Source: Octopus sinensis (taxonomy: Eukaryota). From it: a stretch of 64,000 nt of DNA. Under the pieces are notes generated by a model that searched no databases, was not told where the DNA came from, and saw nothing but the letters and a program-made list of their open reading frames with translations. The stretch spans positions 18,922,464-18,986,463 of the forward strand of contig NC_043011.1 of the NCBI RefSeq assembly GCF_006345805.1, in the 5' to 3' direction. Position 1 is the stretch's first letter; every line of letters begins with the position of its first letter. Positions 10,671 to 24,716 of this stretch are shown in pieces. Made by a program: the position numbers and the translations under genes.

Positions 10671-13477
10671 ATATAGAGTGTAAGTGAATACACCACTTTA
10701 AATTTCATTCGTGTTTTTTAATTAATATTAAAATATTTCCCTACGTTTTTACATGAATCCTATTTGATGATTGCTGCCCAGAAACAATTTGTACTGTAAC
10801 ATTAGAGACAACTAAAGTTGTACCTGCATATATGTATGCGCATGTGTGTCCCTGTGTGTGCGCCCGCATGTGTGTGCCTCTATGTGTGCGCGTACGTGTG
10901 TGTATATACGTCTCGGTGGATAGAGAGATAGAGATGCATGCAAAGAGAACGATATAGATATTTTTCTGCCTATGTAGGTACCGCTTTATATGCAAACGTA
11001 ATGAAGCGCTGAATATATGAATTAAATTCGCAATCATGATTGAAATTTTTCATGCTTGTGTTACGAGTTTGGAAATTTATTTTCTGGCAATTTTTCTAAT
11101 GACACAAACGTCACAGGTTGATAATTCCATAATGCGCTAGTAAAACTTTAGTGTGATAAACTGTCCTTCTTTTATACGCATGAAGAAACAGCGTCATACT
11201 CATCATATCTGTCTTGCCAAGAGGTATTGACGGGTTTGTTATTCTCAAATGCCATCGCAAAAAAATTAATGTGTTACCTTGCACTTATATCCTGCTAAAC
11301 ATTATTCTGAAAATATCGAAAAGGCAGCAAATACGAAAAAGAGAATAAAAACGATTGCTAGAAGAATTCAACAGTGATGTTGTTTTTCTCCTCTGGAAGA
11401 GGTGTATGTATATGTATAAACTAATATGTTTAGACTTAAGAAATAAGACAAACTTTGGAAGGTATAATTCGAATAGGGATAAATGAAAGGCTGAATTTTT
11501 TCTATACCACCATATATACGATTATTGATATTTCCTTTTACTAGATTCATCGACGTCAGTTGTGCATATGCAGCGCTACAGACTGATGAACTTGAAATAA
11601 GCAAATATCCACATATGTACTGAATAACTATGTTAATTGTGAATATTAACAAAGGTGGTTATAGGAAATTTATCAAGAGTAATGCAGCCATTAAAATGTT
11701 CCAGTAGACAATGCATCTCCTAACGTATTTGCAACTACTATTAAGGGTTCAATTTGTTTTTATTGTAAAAAGAAAAATCAACGTTCAATTTGTATAATAA
11801 GGAGGGTTTAATATTTGCATTATTTGGTTTTTTAAACAGGTGCATGAAACTATTGACAAATATGCTGAGTGCTTCCATAAAATGCGCAAATGAAAGCGGA
11901 TAATACAGTATTCTGAAACGTGACAACTTTTCTTCCCAGATAGCTTATCGCTGAGAGCGCACTTACGTAAGATTAACATACATATATATATATATATATA
12001 TAAGGATATATATACACATATATATATGTATGTATATATGTATATATGCATATATGTGTATATATATATATATGTATGTATGTATATATATGTATATATA
12101 TATATATATACATGCATATACACACACACACATATATATATGCATACACACACACACACAAACACTGACTCAAAGTTACACACGCGCACATATATGTGTA
12201 TGTATGCTTCTTCATTATTGCTTGTATCAAGAAAAATTTCCACCATGTAGCGAGCATAAATACCATTTGATATACACAGGATTTAACGTAAACTATTATA
12301 ATTTTCATGTCTGTTGACGTACAATGATAAGACGACTACCGAAGAACATAGCCGAAGTGAAAGAACAAAGCCAATCAGCAAAGAATAAACGCATACATAG
12401 TGTAAACAATGTCCATCGATTCGTCTATTTCCAAATAAAATATCTCGTATTTCTATACCTAATCTGACCGTCGATGTCGACAAAAATTACCTTAATGCTG
12501 ATTAAGGTAGCACAAATAGAAACCATGCGTTGAGGAAACGAAAACCTCAAACTAAAATGACACTGATATAGTAAATATTAGGAAATATAAATAAGACAAA
12601 TCATAAATTTAGATTGCGATGTGCTCTACAATGTCACAGAGTTAGAGATTACTATCGCCCGTTTAGCACACCTAAAAAAGCATAAATTAAAATATATAGA
12701 CACAGAAATGATGAAAGTGTAGACAGACCAAAGTGGAAGTTATGATATCGGAATAGAAACTGTGCGCGTTGAGAGTCACTGATAGTGCTAAAAGCAAGAG
12801 TGGAAAAGGAATAAGAGTCATTATTATTAAGGAACATGACACACCAATTCATAAACATGCATATATCAAGTAAAAACTGAAGCTAATATCATATAAACTG
12901 TGCAATTAAGTTCAACATTTTCAGACTGTACATTTAACGTTATTGGAATATATTGAACAGAATTTTCTACGCTACGCAAATTACCTTAATTTTCAATATT
13001 ACTACATTTCAATTAACGACTATACAGCAAGTTTGGCATATCACCAAGTGATATTTTTTCTTGTAAGAAATAATATGCATATATATGATGCAAGTTTTTA
13101 ATTAACAAATTCTTATATAACCATTGCTTAATATTTTGTTGCATCAGATAATTTACTGTATAAACAAACCAAAACAATTAAATAGTCTTCCGCATTTTAA
13201 TTATTGACCGGGAGATTTTGCTGCAGTCAGACCTATATGTAGTAAAGATGAGTACGTTATTACAGCCTGTTTTGTATTCAAAAATTATTATAAAAGTTAG
13301 GAACGATGGGGGCAATGTGTAACTTTTCTTGCATTTTTTGATTTTGAGAAAAATAGTTTGTTTTACAACTGCTCACTTCCTTATAAAAATGATGTTCTCA
13401 AAATGCATTACAACAGTACAACATATTGAGAACACGATTTAAGAAAATTATCTCCCTTTTCTTTTAAAATTTCAAAG

Positions 13478-14290
13478 TCAAATAATTACATCCGATTGGG
13501 TGATATATACATCCGCTGTAATTGAATAACCAGGTCTTATGAAGCTGTAGTTGGTGACACCAGCGATGGTAAATATTCTTTTTCCGATTGTGTTTTCGCA
13601 CTTTGTCTCTTGCCAACCGCCATGCAGAATGCTGGTTATTGTTGAAAACAATCCATTTTTCATCACACGTAGCTAACGATACAAAAATGGTTCATTTTTA
13701 TGCGATGGCAGCAAAGCACAGCAAGTTTTAAGACAACGTGTCATTTGATGCTCGCTCAGTTCGTGTGGTACCCATTTTCTTTCCCTTTTTTTTCCTTGCC
13801 GATTTATTTCAGATGGTCCAATACTGTTAGAATCGAAACATTAAACCTTGCTGCTAACTCACACTTAGATTGAGATTTAACCGCTTACACTACAGTTTCC
13901 AGCTCATCATTTTCTACCTTGGTCTCAGGACCTCAGGACTACAACGGGGCTAATTTTATCGAATAAAGTCACAAAACCGGAACTTCTCAAACCGTCGACG
14001 TACAGTGTGCTCATTCGCGACATCGTCATGAAACAACTTATTCATATTTCGCACCATCTGGGATGCATTGGTTCCACGATGGAACTCATATTCGTACACA
14101 ACACAATCTTTTTTTATCTACGCATGAGTTCAAAACATTGATTTACAACAGAGAACTCACAATATAATACACCATGAATTGCATTTCGAAAAGCGATGAT
14201 GTAACTCAATAAATTGTCAGGATAAAATATTACTTTACGACTGTCAAACTTGCTGCATAAGAAAATTGTACATTTCACTCTTAATGACCT
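13478..14290 (-). mobile_element. 3'-truncated mariner relic (Hsmar1/cecropia-like N-terminal half)
   Basis: Minus strand reads YEYEFHRGTNASQMVRNMNKLF..ANEHTVRRRFEKFR, WVPHEL (13774-13757) and TCDEKWI (13670-13650), with frameshifts and stops. Confidence 0.85.
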
Positions 14291-14297
14291 GCACAGA

Positions 14298-14306
14298 CAT
14301 ACATAC

Positions 14307-14337
<31 letters not shown>

Positions 14338-14470
14338 CATACATGCATACATACATACATACAAGCATACATACATACATATATACATTCATGCAAACAT
14401 ACATACATGCATGTATGCATGCATGCATACATACATACATACCTACATACATATAAATATGTATGTATGC
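14298..14470. repeat. (TACA)n tetranucleotide array
   Basis: Directly visible. Confidence 0.95.
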
Positions 14471-14474
14471 ATGT

Positions 14475-14648
14475 CTTCCTCCGGCTTCCCTTCCTTGGAC
14501 CTTTTCTTTTTCTAAGTTTCTTACGAAGAGCTCCGCTCGAAACGTTAAATCCTCCTTCTTTCTTTCCTTTCCTGAACGTCCAATAACACTATACTTGTTC
14601 CACGTCCTCGCGTTTTTGTGCTTTCTCAGTGTTCATGTTTGGATTAAC
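14475..14648 (+). mobile_element. Short repeat (probable PLE pLTR tail) with a mutated minimal hammerhead; homolog at 49008-49185
   Basis: gttt CTTACGA a GAGC-tcc-GCTC GAAAC GTT aaat at 14516-14550 (core G5 changed to U). Aligns with the reverse complement of 49008-49185; microsatellite flanks. Confidence 0.7.
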
Positions 14649-14682
14649 TACACACACACACACATACACACATATATATATT

Positions 14683-14748
<66 letters not shown>

Positions 14749-15219
14749 GATACAAGAACGAGAGAAGTGATATTTCAGAAAATATCCTTAAACTCAACAA
14801 CAACAATTGCATGGCCTTAATTGGTTGATTTAAACAAATGTTTATCATCGTTATATATCTTTCTTTGTAATATTGCGTTCATCGTTAAGAACATTTTGTA
14901 ACCGAAATATCAAACATGGTCCCCTATTGCTTCACCAGCGATATTGTTTGGGTTCTTACACAGTAATATGTATATTTACGGTTTATATTCAAATTGCAAC
15001 AATTTACAGATCATACACCTTAACCGGTATGATTTTCGTATCGTCAGCCATCTAATCTCTTCGAGAATCGAGCGGGAAGCGAATGTATTTCACCTTACTT
15101 CGGTTTCTATCGACTTGATTAAAATACCTACAGCATAAAATGTAAATATTTTGTCCAGAAATATTTCAGGTCTCCTGCTGTCTGCCACAGCGTGGAGATT
15201 CTTGGAGTAAAGGCTAAAC

Positions 15220-15385
15220 TGGTTCTAAGTTTGGTATGTGGCCAGAAAATTTGGGGGAGGGGGTAAATCAATTAACATCAAACCCGTAAGTCGACCTTGA
15301 CGGAATATGAGCTCAGAGCATGAGGACGAAATGTCGCTACGTATTTTGTCCCGCCTGCTAAGGATTCTCCCAGCTTACTGCCTTC
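15220..15385 (-). mobile_element. Internally deleted SINE of the 21882 family
   Basis: Reverse complement aligns with the head of 21882-22113 (aaggcagtaagctgggagaatccttagc...aaggtcgact). Confidence 0.7.
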
Positions 15386-15967
15386 GAGTAAAGACCAAAT
15401 TAAAACGCTACTATAACTAACTTCTTCACCACGTACATCACATCTACCGAGGATCGTCAACAACTACACAGATGATCCAATTTATAAGATGCCCTCTTTC
15501 TACTATATACATTTTTGGAAACTAAATTCTATGTTTTTATATTTAGCCTTTTGGGTTCTCTCTCTATAACAATAATATTTTGTTGCGAACAGTGTTCTGC
15601 GCTAATTGAGTGAAATACCGGAAGTGTTGCAGTTGAGCGATAATATTCTTAATTAACTGAGCCGAAATACAAGACAAAGCACGAAGAAACCTTTTATGCG
15701 GAATCTTATTATTCCATATGAAATGACATGGCGGATAAATGGAGCAGATTTAAGAACAAAGTGTGAATAATCAGCAACCTTCGTCTCATCTTATAACAAA
15801 ACTGACGTTTATACTATGAACTTAATACCAAAGGTACACTTGAATTTACCTAGTACCAGTTAACAGAGCACTTGTTCCCTGACAGAGGAAAAATAAGTAG
15901 TGCTAAATAATGTGGTATTTTCTTACAAATAATCTTTTCTAGTGTAGTAACAAGAACTGAACTATGC

Positions 15968-16140
15968 GGGGATTGTAATGACCCCAGTGCTCAACTGTTA
16001 TTTATGTCGTCACAGTCTGAATGATAAAAGGCGAAGTCAACCTCGTAGGCATTTGAAGTCGGAAGGTAAAGGCATTCGAAATGTGGCTTAGCAATATTTC
16101 CAGCGTGCTGATGTTTCAGCGCGTTTATCATCTTGTTATC
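15968..16140 (-). mobile_element. Divergent SINE of the 21882 family
   Basis: Reverse complement contains gaggttgacttcgccttttatcatt...cactggggtcattacaatc, matching 21970-22050. Confidence 0.6.
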
Positions 16141-16144
16141 TTAG

Positions 16145-16198
16145 AAACAATGAAAGCTATATTGAGTCAGCTTTTCTTGATATATGGTGTATTTATGT
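16145..16198 (+). CDS. Candidate small exon encoding a signal-peptide-like start (MKAILSQLFLIYGVFM)
   Basis: Pyrimidine-rich tract plus AG at 16143-16144, ACAATG start at 16150, GTAAGT donor at 16199-16204 (phase 1). No partner exons identified. Confidence 0.3.
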
Positions 16199-17941
16199 GT
16201 AAGTTTCCCCAATCGAAATGAAAGTGTATCATCACTTGAGATATGGTCTTCAGAATCTATGCACACCAAGCACTGGGAATCCAAAACACTTGGGCTTTTG
16301 TTATGCAAAAACTCCTGCCTCCTGTATTCTATAAAGTTTATTGAAGAAACCACCCTTCAGTAAAGTTCACAAAATCATAAATTATTAATTATACGCAAAC
16401 ATATGCTACAACAGAAATTCAAGCAAATATAAATAGCTTGCTGGGTAATTTGGATATTAACAATAAACAACATATGATTCCAGCAATGGAATGCATCAAA
16501 TTAAACCATAAACATATTTTACTGGATAATCATGCATCATTAACTCTTTTCCATTTCCTCTGCGCATCACACACAATGCCTCACTGATTTATAAGGCCTC
16601 CGGCAGCTTACCAAACTGGTGTCAAGCCTATGGTATTGATCACTGTATTATACTTTATTATGGTAGCGAAAAAAATATCCTTACGTTGCTCACAATTACA
16701 CGGAATATCTTGACAAAATTATGAAAATCACATATGTTTATATCATTTTATAAATAATTCGTACTTTATATTTCCTTATAAATCTAGTTTGGATGTAAGA
16801 GAAAATACGTAGATGCAGATAAAGAAAGAAAGCATTATCGAGATCGGAAGGAAATAGAATAAATGAAATATTGCCTATGTGCGGGAGAGATAATGTGTTG
16901 TAATTTTAATCGATATGGAGGAATACGAAATGTTAAAACAAATATTGATAAGGAAATATATGCCTATATCTCTCATGCTCCTTATCACGTTCTCTCTCTC
17001 TCTCTCTCTTTATATATATAAATATATAGATAGATAGAAAGATAGATAGATAACAGAGAGGGATTATCAATCTGGGCAAAATATTACATAAGCTTTCTGT
17101 TGGTACACCAGGCTAGCAATATTGTTTACATTAGTAACGAACTCCAAGTTTTCTTATGGCGGAGTCCAAGGTGATGATTCATCACAATTCTGTATTGTAA
17201 CTCGTGATTGAACTTCGCTCAGAATTATTTTACACAGAATGATATATAACATAAGTTATGAATAATGGTCATTACATATATTTTTCTTAACCGAATTTTT
17301 TTAAAAAATTGCAATTTAAAATTAAAATTACTGTAGAATATGGTAAATGATATGGAAGTAACAAACATCTCTATGGTTGGGAAAGACTCGTACGTAGTAT
17401 AAGTACGCAAGAAATGAAAGGGCGTGTTATAGATAATAGGATGGTCACCATAGAGAGAAGGAAAATTGGAGGTGGTTCTATCTCAACAAAATATTTCGTT
17501 ACTATATGAATTTGTAGAATATTTGAAAACAGCTATGTCTGGAAAAATGAACATGTATTACGAAAATGAAAATAAAAACATACATTGGTTGTGAAACAAA
17601 CAAAAAAGCACATTCACGCACACACGGACAAATATGTTCATATACACAAACAAAAGAATTTGTCTAATCATCAATATGTAGCTATATGTGTAAGTCAATA
17701 CAATAATAAATAATTAATGTAAACATATCGACAAAGTAAAAGGTTATAGGTGGCATAGTTAATCGATAAACGTACAGGATTGAAAAAATATCTAATATTA
17801 CTTGCAAACGTAAACAAAGGCATCTAATAAAGTAAATGTATGGACGTGTTCGTCTCTTGCTAATTCCCCCTTGTTTATCTATGTACATATGTAAGTATGC
17901 ATATGTGTAAGTAATATCTATCTATCTATATAGATATATAC

Positions 17942-17984
<43 letters not shown>

Positions 17985-18002
17985 CACATAATGATAGACA
18001 TG

Positions 18003-18034
<32 letters not shown>

Positions 18035-18180
18035 AGTCTGTCTGTGTGTCTGTGTGTGTGTTTATACATGTATGTATGTAAAAATGAGAATGAGAAAACA
18101 ATATGATATGCCATGAATTTCATTATCTTACTGGTTTTTCTTACATAAAACGTAATATTCTCATATATAAATGCTTCCAA

Positions 18181-18377
<197 letters not shown>

Positions 18378-20510
18378 GATAGCAAAATGGTAAGATACAA
18401 CCAAAGAATGAAGGGATAGCAGCAAAATGTGTTATTCGGAGTAGATCAGAAGAAGCAAATAGAAATACAAAAATATAAATGGAGAGGGTACAGATGAAAA
18501 GTTGATACAAGATTACATTGAAAGTCAAAGGTTTGGGAGTGGCATCTGCAGCAATGGCACGGAGCACAAGAAAACTACTCAACGGTTGCAAGAACTGAAC
18601 TAAAGTGTGGTCTGTCCAAAACAGGCAGAATTAGTCATTTCAGTTAAGAAACTGAAGGAAATCAGATTAAAAAGGGGCAACCTGAAGGCCGCGGGACAAG
18701 ATGGATTTCAAGGCTACTGGATCAAAAGAAATTTGGTGAATGTCATGTACGAACTGCTGCACAACTGAACAGCTAGTTAAATACCGACCAACCAAATAAA
18801 TCCAGAGTGGTCGACAATGGGTAGGACAGAGCTGTGCTTGAAAAACATTGAAAAAGGCAATACGGTAGAAAAATTCTTGCTTGCCATCTATGTAGAAATT
18901 AATGACTGGAATACACGCAGAGTGAATTTACGGATATCTGGCGAATAATGGAGTCCTGCCACATGAGCAGAAGGGTTGTAAGTGTAAATGCAGAGATACC
19001 AGCGATTAGCTCCGGGTAGACGAAGCTATAATTCGAGACTGCAAGAGGAGAAAAACTAAGCCATGTTTTGTATCGATTATCGTAAGGTCTACGATATATT
19101 CCCACATGCATGGATTGTGGAATGTATGAACCTATTTGGTATTGCATCGAATGTTGAGCGATTGCTTGGAAATAGTATGGCGAATTGGAGGACGGAACTG
19201 ACAGCATATGGAAGACGTTTAGGGACAATAGAAATCAGAAATCAGGAGAGATATCATAAAAGGGGACAGACCGTCCCCACTGATCATTGTATTTGCATAA
19301 TACCATACCACTTATTCAAAAGAAGGTAATGGCTGGGTATGTATTCAAGAGCCACCAACAGAAAATCAATTACTTGTTATTCATGGATGACGCCACACTT
19401 TATAGTAAAGATGAATCTCAAGTCAGTTTCCTCGTTGATACTGAGTAAGCATTCAGTGCTGAAAACAGAATGGAATTCAGACTGAAAAGTGTGGTGTGTT
19501 AGTCTCGAAGAGAAGGAAAATCAAATGTATGGACGGGCTAGCAATATCCTCGGGAAATGTGATGAAGCAGATAGAAGGGACGGCCTATAAGTAATTGGGT
19601 TATTGGAAATGGATAAATTAATGAAGAAAGTAATGAAAGAAAAATTTAAGATGAAGTACTTGCGCAGACTGAGACGGATTAAACGGATAGAATAAGAGAG
19701 GAGGTATCAATATTTGGGATGTTTCACAGCTTAAATATGGAGCTGGGGTAATCGCATGCACAGTGGACGAACTAAAGAGGTTAGTAACAAGAAAGTTACT
19801 GACTTATATGGGATACGCCACCCAAAAAGCGACACAGACAGACTGTAAGTACCAAAAAAAGTAGGGATATCTTGATGCGAGCACAGTATTAGAGTAGAGA
19901 AAACAACATAGCATGATATGTAAAAAATGCCACAGAACTGCTATTATTGGAAGTAAGAGTGTCAGGTTTGTATTGGCTGGAAGACTACAAAGATAAAGCG
20001 TTGTACAAGCACCTGAGAATGAATGAAGCTGATAACAGATGGATAAAGAAAATAATGCATGGACAATTTCATAGGGATATCGAAGATGAAACGGATAGAA
20101 AAAGATGGCTATGGATGACTAAAAGTGATTTAAAACCGGAAACGTATGCTGTAATCTCTGCGGTCCAACAGGAAGCATTAACAACCAATTACACCAAATA
20201 CAGAATAGGCAACACACCAGAAAATGATAGGTGCAGAATTTGTGGACAAAACGGTGAAACAGTATGGCATATTACCAATGAATGTATGCCACTAAACCAG
20301 AAAGAATATAAGAGACGTCAGGACAAAATAGCAAGGATTGTCCATGGGACACTGCAATAAGTATGAACTTGACAGAGCAAAAATATGGTGCGAATATAAA
20401 TTCGGAGTCTTCATCGAAAATAATAATACCATGAGACAGAGAATAAGGAACCAGATATAGTGTTAATTGAGAAAGAATGCAAACTATGATGGATCATAGA
20501 CATAGCATGT
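18378..20510 (+). mobile_element. Decayed R4/Dong-clade non-LTR retrotransposon, copy 2 (RT, CCHC knuckle, start of REL endonuclease)
   Basis: GNLKAAGQDGFQGYWIK; CIDYRKVYDIFPHAWI (ORF 19063); KINYLLFMDD (FMDD at 19380-19391); CRICGQNGETVWHITNEC (ORF 19947); IIDIAC at the truncated end. Multiple stops and frameshifts. Confidence 0.92.
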
Positions 20511-21189
20511 ATTTTCTTTTCACTGTTTATATTTTTATTATGTTTCCATATATTTTCTTCTTTGTGAATGTGTACAAACCGTGTTCTTAGTTTCAAGAAT
20601 TCGCATTTGGTTATGACAAAGCCTGTAATGATTGAATTTCGGTTTCTTTGTATTAACTTCAATTACAAAAATAAAGTCACCTTCCTTAATCTAAAATACT
20701 AACAAAAACATCCTAGCGTATATCATGGCCATTATTCTTTATTGCAGATTCCACTGATATATTTTACAAGAAGCATGTATGCGCAATGAGATGTTATTAT
20801 CATTTCTAACATATTCACATATTTGTATAACGTGAATACAGAAGGCGAAATGGAAGAGCATTTGCAGTGTTTTAGTTCCTTATTTATTTACAATAGAATT
20901 AAGACAATATAATAAAAAGAAATCTTTCAAATCTTTATTGTCATGTTTCTTGAATATAAGAAGCAGTCTTTGTAAAAAATTATCAGGTAACAATTTCATG
21001 AAATGATACTGTGTCCTACATCCACTTCAAGAAATAGAGAACCGCATTCAAAGTGACGTTCCAACGAATTATCAATAATCATAGGATATATTTCTTTTAA
21101 TATAATTTACTATGCAAAGAAAACGATGGTCGTTACTGCAGTAGTGTGGCCGCCGATATTGTACATTATATATATATGTTTTATATATA

Positions 21190-21271
<82 letters not shown>

Positions 21272-21280
21272 TATATGAAC

Positions 21281-21320
21281 TTGGTCGCACAGAAATGACT
21301 GAAACAAGTAAAAGAATAAA
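21281..21320 (+). mobile_element. 3'-end fragment of the CORE-type SINE
   Basis: ggtcgcacagaaatgactgaaacaagtaaaagaataaa matches 49557-49595. Confidence 0.5.
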
Positions 21321-21881
21321 ATAATATATATATATATGTGTGTGTGTGTGCGTGTGTGTGTGTGTGTATAATTTAGCCCGATAAACGATCCAATGTGGAC
21401 CAGAATCAAAAGTCACAAGTAACCAATTAGTAACTAAAAAGGCAAAATATTAAGGTACAAGCTCCGTATCTACTAGCATTAAAGTAACCGGTGGGCATTG
21501 TGACATGTAGTGGAGCTACTAGAAGAAACATGATGAGAAACTCCTTTCACTAAAGTGCTTATTTAAACTGCAAATGGGAGAGAATTGCTCCTGCTAGTAT
21601 GCTCACAAGTATCTGTAAACAAAATCACCCACTGCAATGTAAAAGTTGAACTTCTAACGGAATTTAATTTCTGCAATCTCCAGAACTGTGGGTTTTATTT
21701 TGTGATTTATTTATTTGATTACTTTTAAGTTTTTCCTGCAGCAACGGTAAGCTTCAGGGGAAAATAGCCTCGCTATGATTCCTTTCAGTCATTTATTGAC
21801 TTGGTTGTTTTTCTTTGTGTTTGTTTCAATTCTACATCATCCCATGACAATCGGTGTGTGTGACCGGTATTTCTATGCTTA

Positions 21882-22113
21882 AGGTGGTGAGCTGGCAGAA
21901 ACGTTAGCATGCCGGGCAAAATACGTAGCCGTGTTTCGTCTGACGTTACGTTGTGAGCTCAAATTCTGCCAAGGTCGACTTTGCCTTTCATCCTTTCGGG
22001 GTTGAAAAATTAAGTACCAGTTACGCACTGGGGTCGGTGTAATCGGCTTAATACCTATGTCTGTCCTTGTTTGTCCCCTCTATGTCTAGCCCCTTGTGGG
22101 TAATAAAGAAATA
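21882..22113 (+). mobile_element. Full-length SINE with 16-bp target-site duplication, nested in an older SINE remnant
   Basis: GGTATTTCTATGCTTA at 21866-21881 and 22114-22129. Degenerate A box (agctggcagaa) and B box (gctcaaattct). Related pieces at 15220, 15968, 22205-22275, 27511 and 40566. Confidence 0.85.
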
Positions 22114-22374
22114 GGTATTTCTATGCTTACATCCGCGTAACTTAGAGTTTCGTTAAAAGAAAAAGGACAGAATGCGCCCCAGACTTTAAACTATATACTG
22201 AATAGTTTAAAGTCTTGTTTAAAGTTTAAAGTTTTGTCCCCATCTATTTTAGCCCCTTGTGGGTAGTAAAGAAATATATATACTGAATTCGATTTCCGAC
22301 ATAACTCTTCAACGCAATGTCCGTCAATGACCGCTGTGCAAAGATTGAAAAAAGTAAAATATAATATATATATA

Positions 22375-23594
22375 TTGAGTCATCCCATAAATAATGCGTT
22401 TCGTTTTAAATTACATGAAGTAAAAGACTGAGGGTGACGGGATAAATTACCTGCATGAAATTGATATAAAAGCAGGCAGTCATCTTACCTTGTTCCTATT
22501 CTTAAACCAATTTTTGAAAAGTGCAATTCAATTTTAACTGTTATTTTTTGAAATCTATAATAGGAGTGACATAGGTACATATTCAGCAGATTTGGCCTTA
22601 TGGATTCCAATATAGCAGCAATGCAACGGAATGTCCGAGGAATATTAATGCAGTAAATAGTGATCGGACAATAAGCGTAACTCAGTGTCAATAGCAGTTG
22701 AAGAAATTACGATCCCAAAGCCCAGAAGACGAGCCTCGTCCTGCAATATTTGTGGAACTCGACCAGGATATCCTGCAAATCCTGGTGGAACAAAAGCCCA
22801 TCGTATCTGTTGAGAAACTAGCAGGAAAGATTTGATTTGGTCAATCAGCCATTCATCGACACCTGCGCGAACCATAGGAGAAGTCTGCAAATTGGGTCAA
22901 TGGGTTCCTGACATAATTTCCGAGCGCTTAATTCACGCAGAATCAATGTGTGCCCTTCCTTCTTTGCCGTCACGTTTCCTGAATAAACCAGTTTTAGTGA
23001 CTGGTGATGAGAAATGGGTTTTCTGTAAAAATGTAAAGCGCCGAGACAATTATGGAAAGGAGAAACACCGGCACCCCAGGCTAAAGAAGATCTTCCCGCA
23101 TGTAAGGTGGTGTTATCTGTTTGGTGGGATATGAACAGTTTTGTTCACTAAGAACATTTAAAGCAAACCCAAACGATGACAAAGGAGATCTACTACGTGG
23201 AGCTTGGTTTCAGGATAAAAGGTGTTCTTCCATCAGGAAAATGCTCGGCACACACAGCGAAGAAGGAATTCTAAATGTTGGGGCAGGTTCCATGAGAAAC
23301 GATGCCCCATCCAACATATTCGCCGGTCATTTCCCCATCTGATTATCATTTATTGCGCAGTCTTCAAAACTATTCGAACGGAAAAAATATGAATTCTGTA
23401 GATGTCAAAACAATACATTTTTCGTAACAGACAAGTGAATTTCGGAAGAGGATCTTGGAATTTTACCAGATAGGTGACGGAGCATTGCAGTAAATGAAGG
23501 TGAATATAGTTTAGATGAAAAAGGAACTTTGTTTATCTTAATTTTGAAAAATAAAATAAATATAAAACAGTCTAATATATATGGGATGACCCAA
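22375..23594 (+). mobile_element. Full-length decayed mariner transposon with TIRs and TA flanks
   Basis: Left TA-TTGAGTCATCCCATAAATAAT; right ATATATGGGATGACCCAA-TA (23595-23596). GQWVP, VTGDEKW (22997-23017), HPTYSPVISPSDYHL (from 23308). Frameshifted. Confidence 0.92.
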
Positions 23595-23654
23595 TATATA
23601 CGTACATAGACACACATACACACAAATCTAATCAAATGTATATATATGGGTATA

Positions 23655-23760
23655 TGTACGTATGTATGTATGTATGTATGTATGTATGTATGCATGTATG
23701 TATGTATGTATGCATGCATGTATGTATGTATGTATGTATGTATGTATGTATGTATGTATG
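23655..23760. repeat. (TATG)n array
   Basis: Directly visible. Confidence 0.95.
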
Positions 23761-24279
23761 GACAACTTCTGATCATCAAAGAATATATTTTCAACTTTTG
23801 TGTATCACACAGTTCCCTCCACAATAATAGAACTTAATATAAAAATAATTTCAGTTTAAATTAATTTCAGTTATCTTCTAAGTATTTTGTTTCATATGTA
23901 GAAAGAAGAAATGAGCATGCATCATATTGTGAATTGTCTGTAAAATCGCTTGATTCGTATTGAAATCAAGAAAGCAAGAATATATTTAAAAATGCATATC
24001 ATGACTTAAGAATTTCTACGCATAAAATATAAAGTAAGTGAGAAAAAAAAGGACTATTTTTTTCAAAATTTATTCCTGTGTTCTTCAGTGAGAAATGCTG
24101 CTGATGTCGAACACAAGAGAAGGATAATATTAAATTTAATGAAGAAGAACATTAGCAGCGTGAACTATTATGAGAACAGGTAACAATATAAATAATATGC
24201 TGTAACTTATTCGTTTAAGTACATCAATGGAATCGTGCATTGGATCGTGTATTCTAGTTGGTCTAATAAATAGAACTCC

Positions 24280-24488
24280 CTTTTACTCTTTTACTTGTTT
24301 CAGTCATTTGACTGCGGGAATGCCGGAGCACCGCCTTTTTAGTCGAGCAAATCGAACCCAGGACTTATACTTTGTAAGCCTAATACTTATTCTATCGGTG
24401 TCTTTTGCCGAACCGCTAAGTTACTGGGACGTATACACACCAGCATCGGTTGTCAAGCGATGTTGGGGGGACAAACCGAGACACACAA

Positions 24489-24553
<65 letters not shown>

Positions 24554-24716
24554 CGACAGGTTTCTTTCAGTTTCCGTCTACCAAATCATCTCACAAGGCT
24601 TTGGTCGGCCCGATGCTATAATGGAAAACACTTTCCCAAGGTGCCACGCAGTGGGACTGAACACGGAACCTTGTGGTTGGTAAGCAAGCTACTTACCACA
24701 CAATCACTCATGCGCC
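24280..24716 (-). mobile_element. Full-length tRNA-derived CORE-type SINE with internal (TA)/(TG) microsatellite
   Basis: Minus head ggcgcatgagtgattgtgtggtaag...gttcagtccc followed by caccttgggaaagtg (CORE-like); tail ...aaacaagtaaaagagtaaaag. Colinear with 49196-49610. The OR1/OR2-type family name is from memory. Confidence 0.88.

Noticed and set aside
11583-11600. CTGATGAACTTGAAA as a hammerhead
   Set aside because: Only 4 nt between the core halves, so no helix II, and no helix I pairing.
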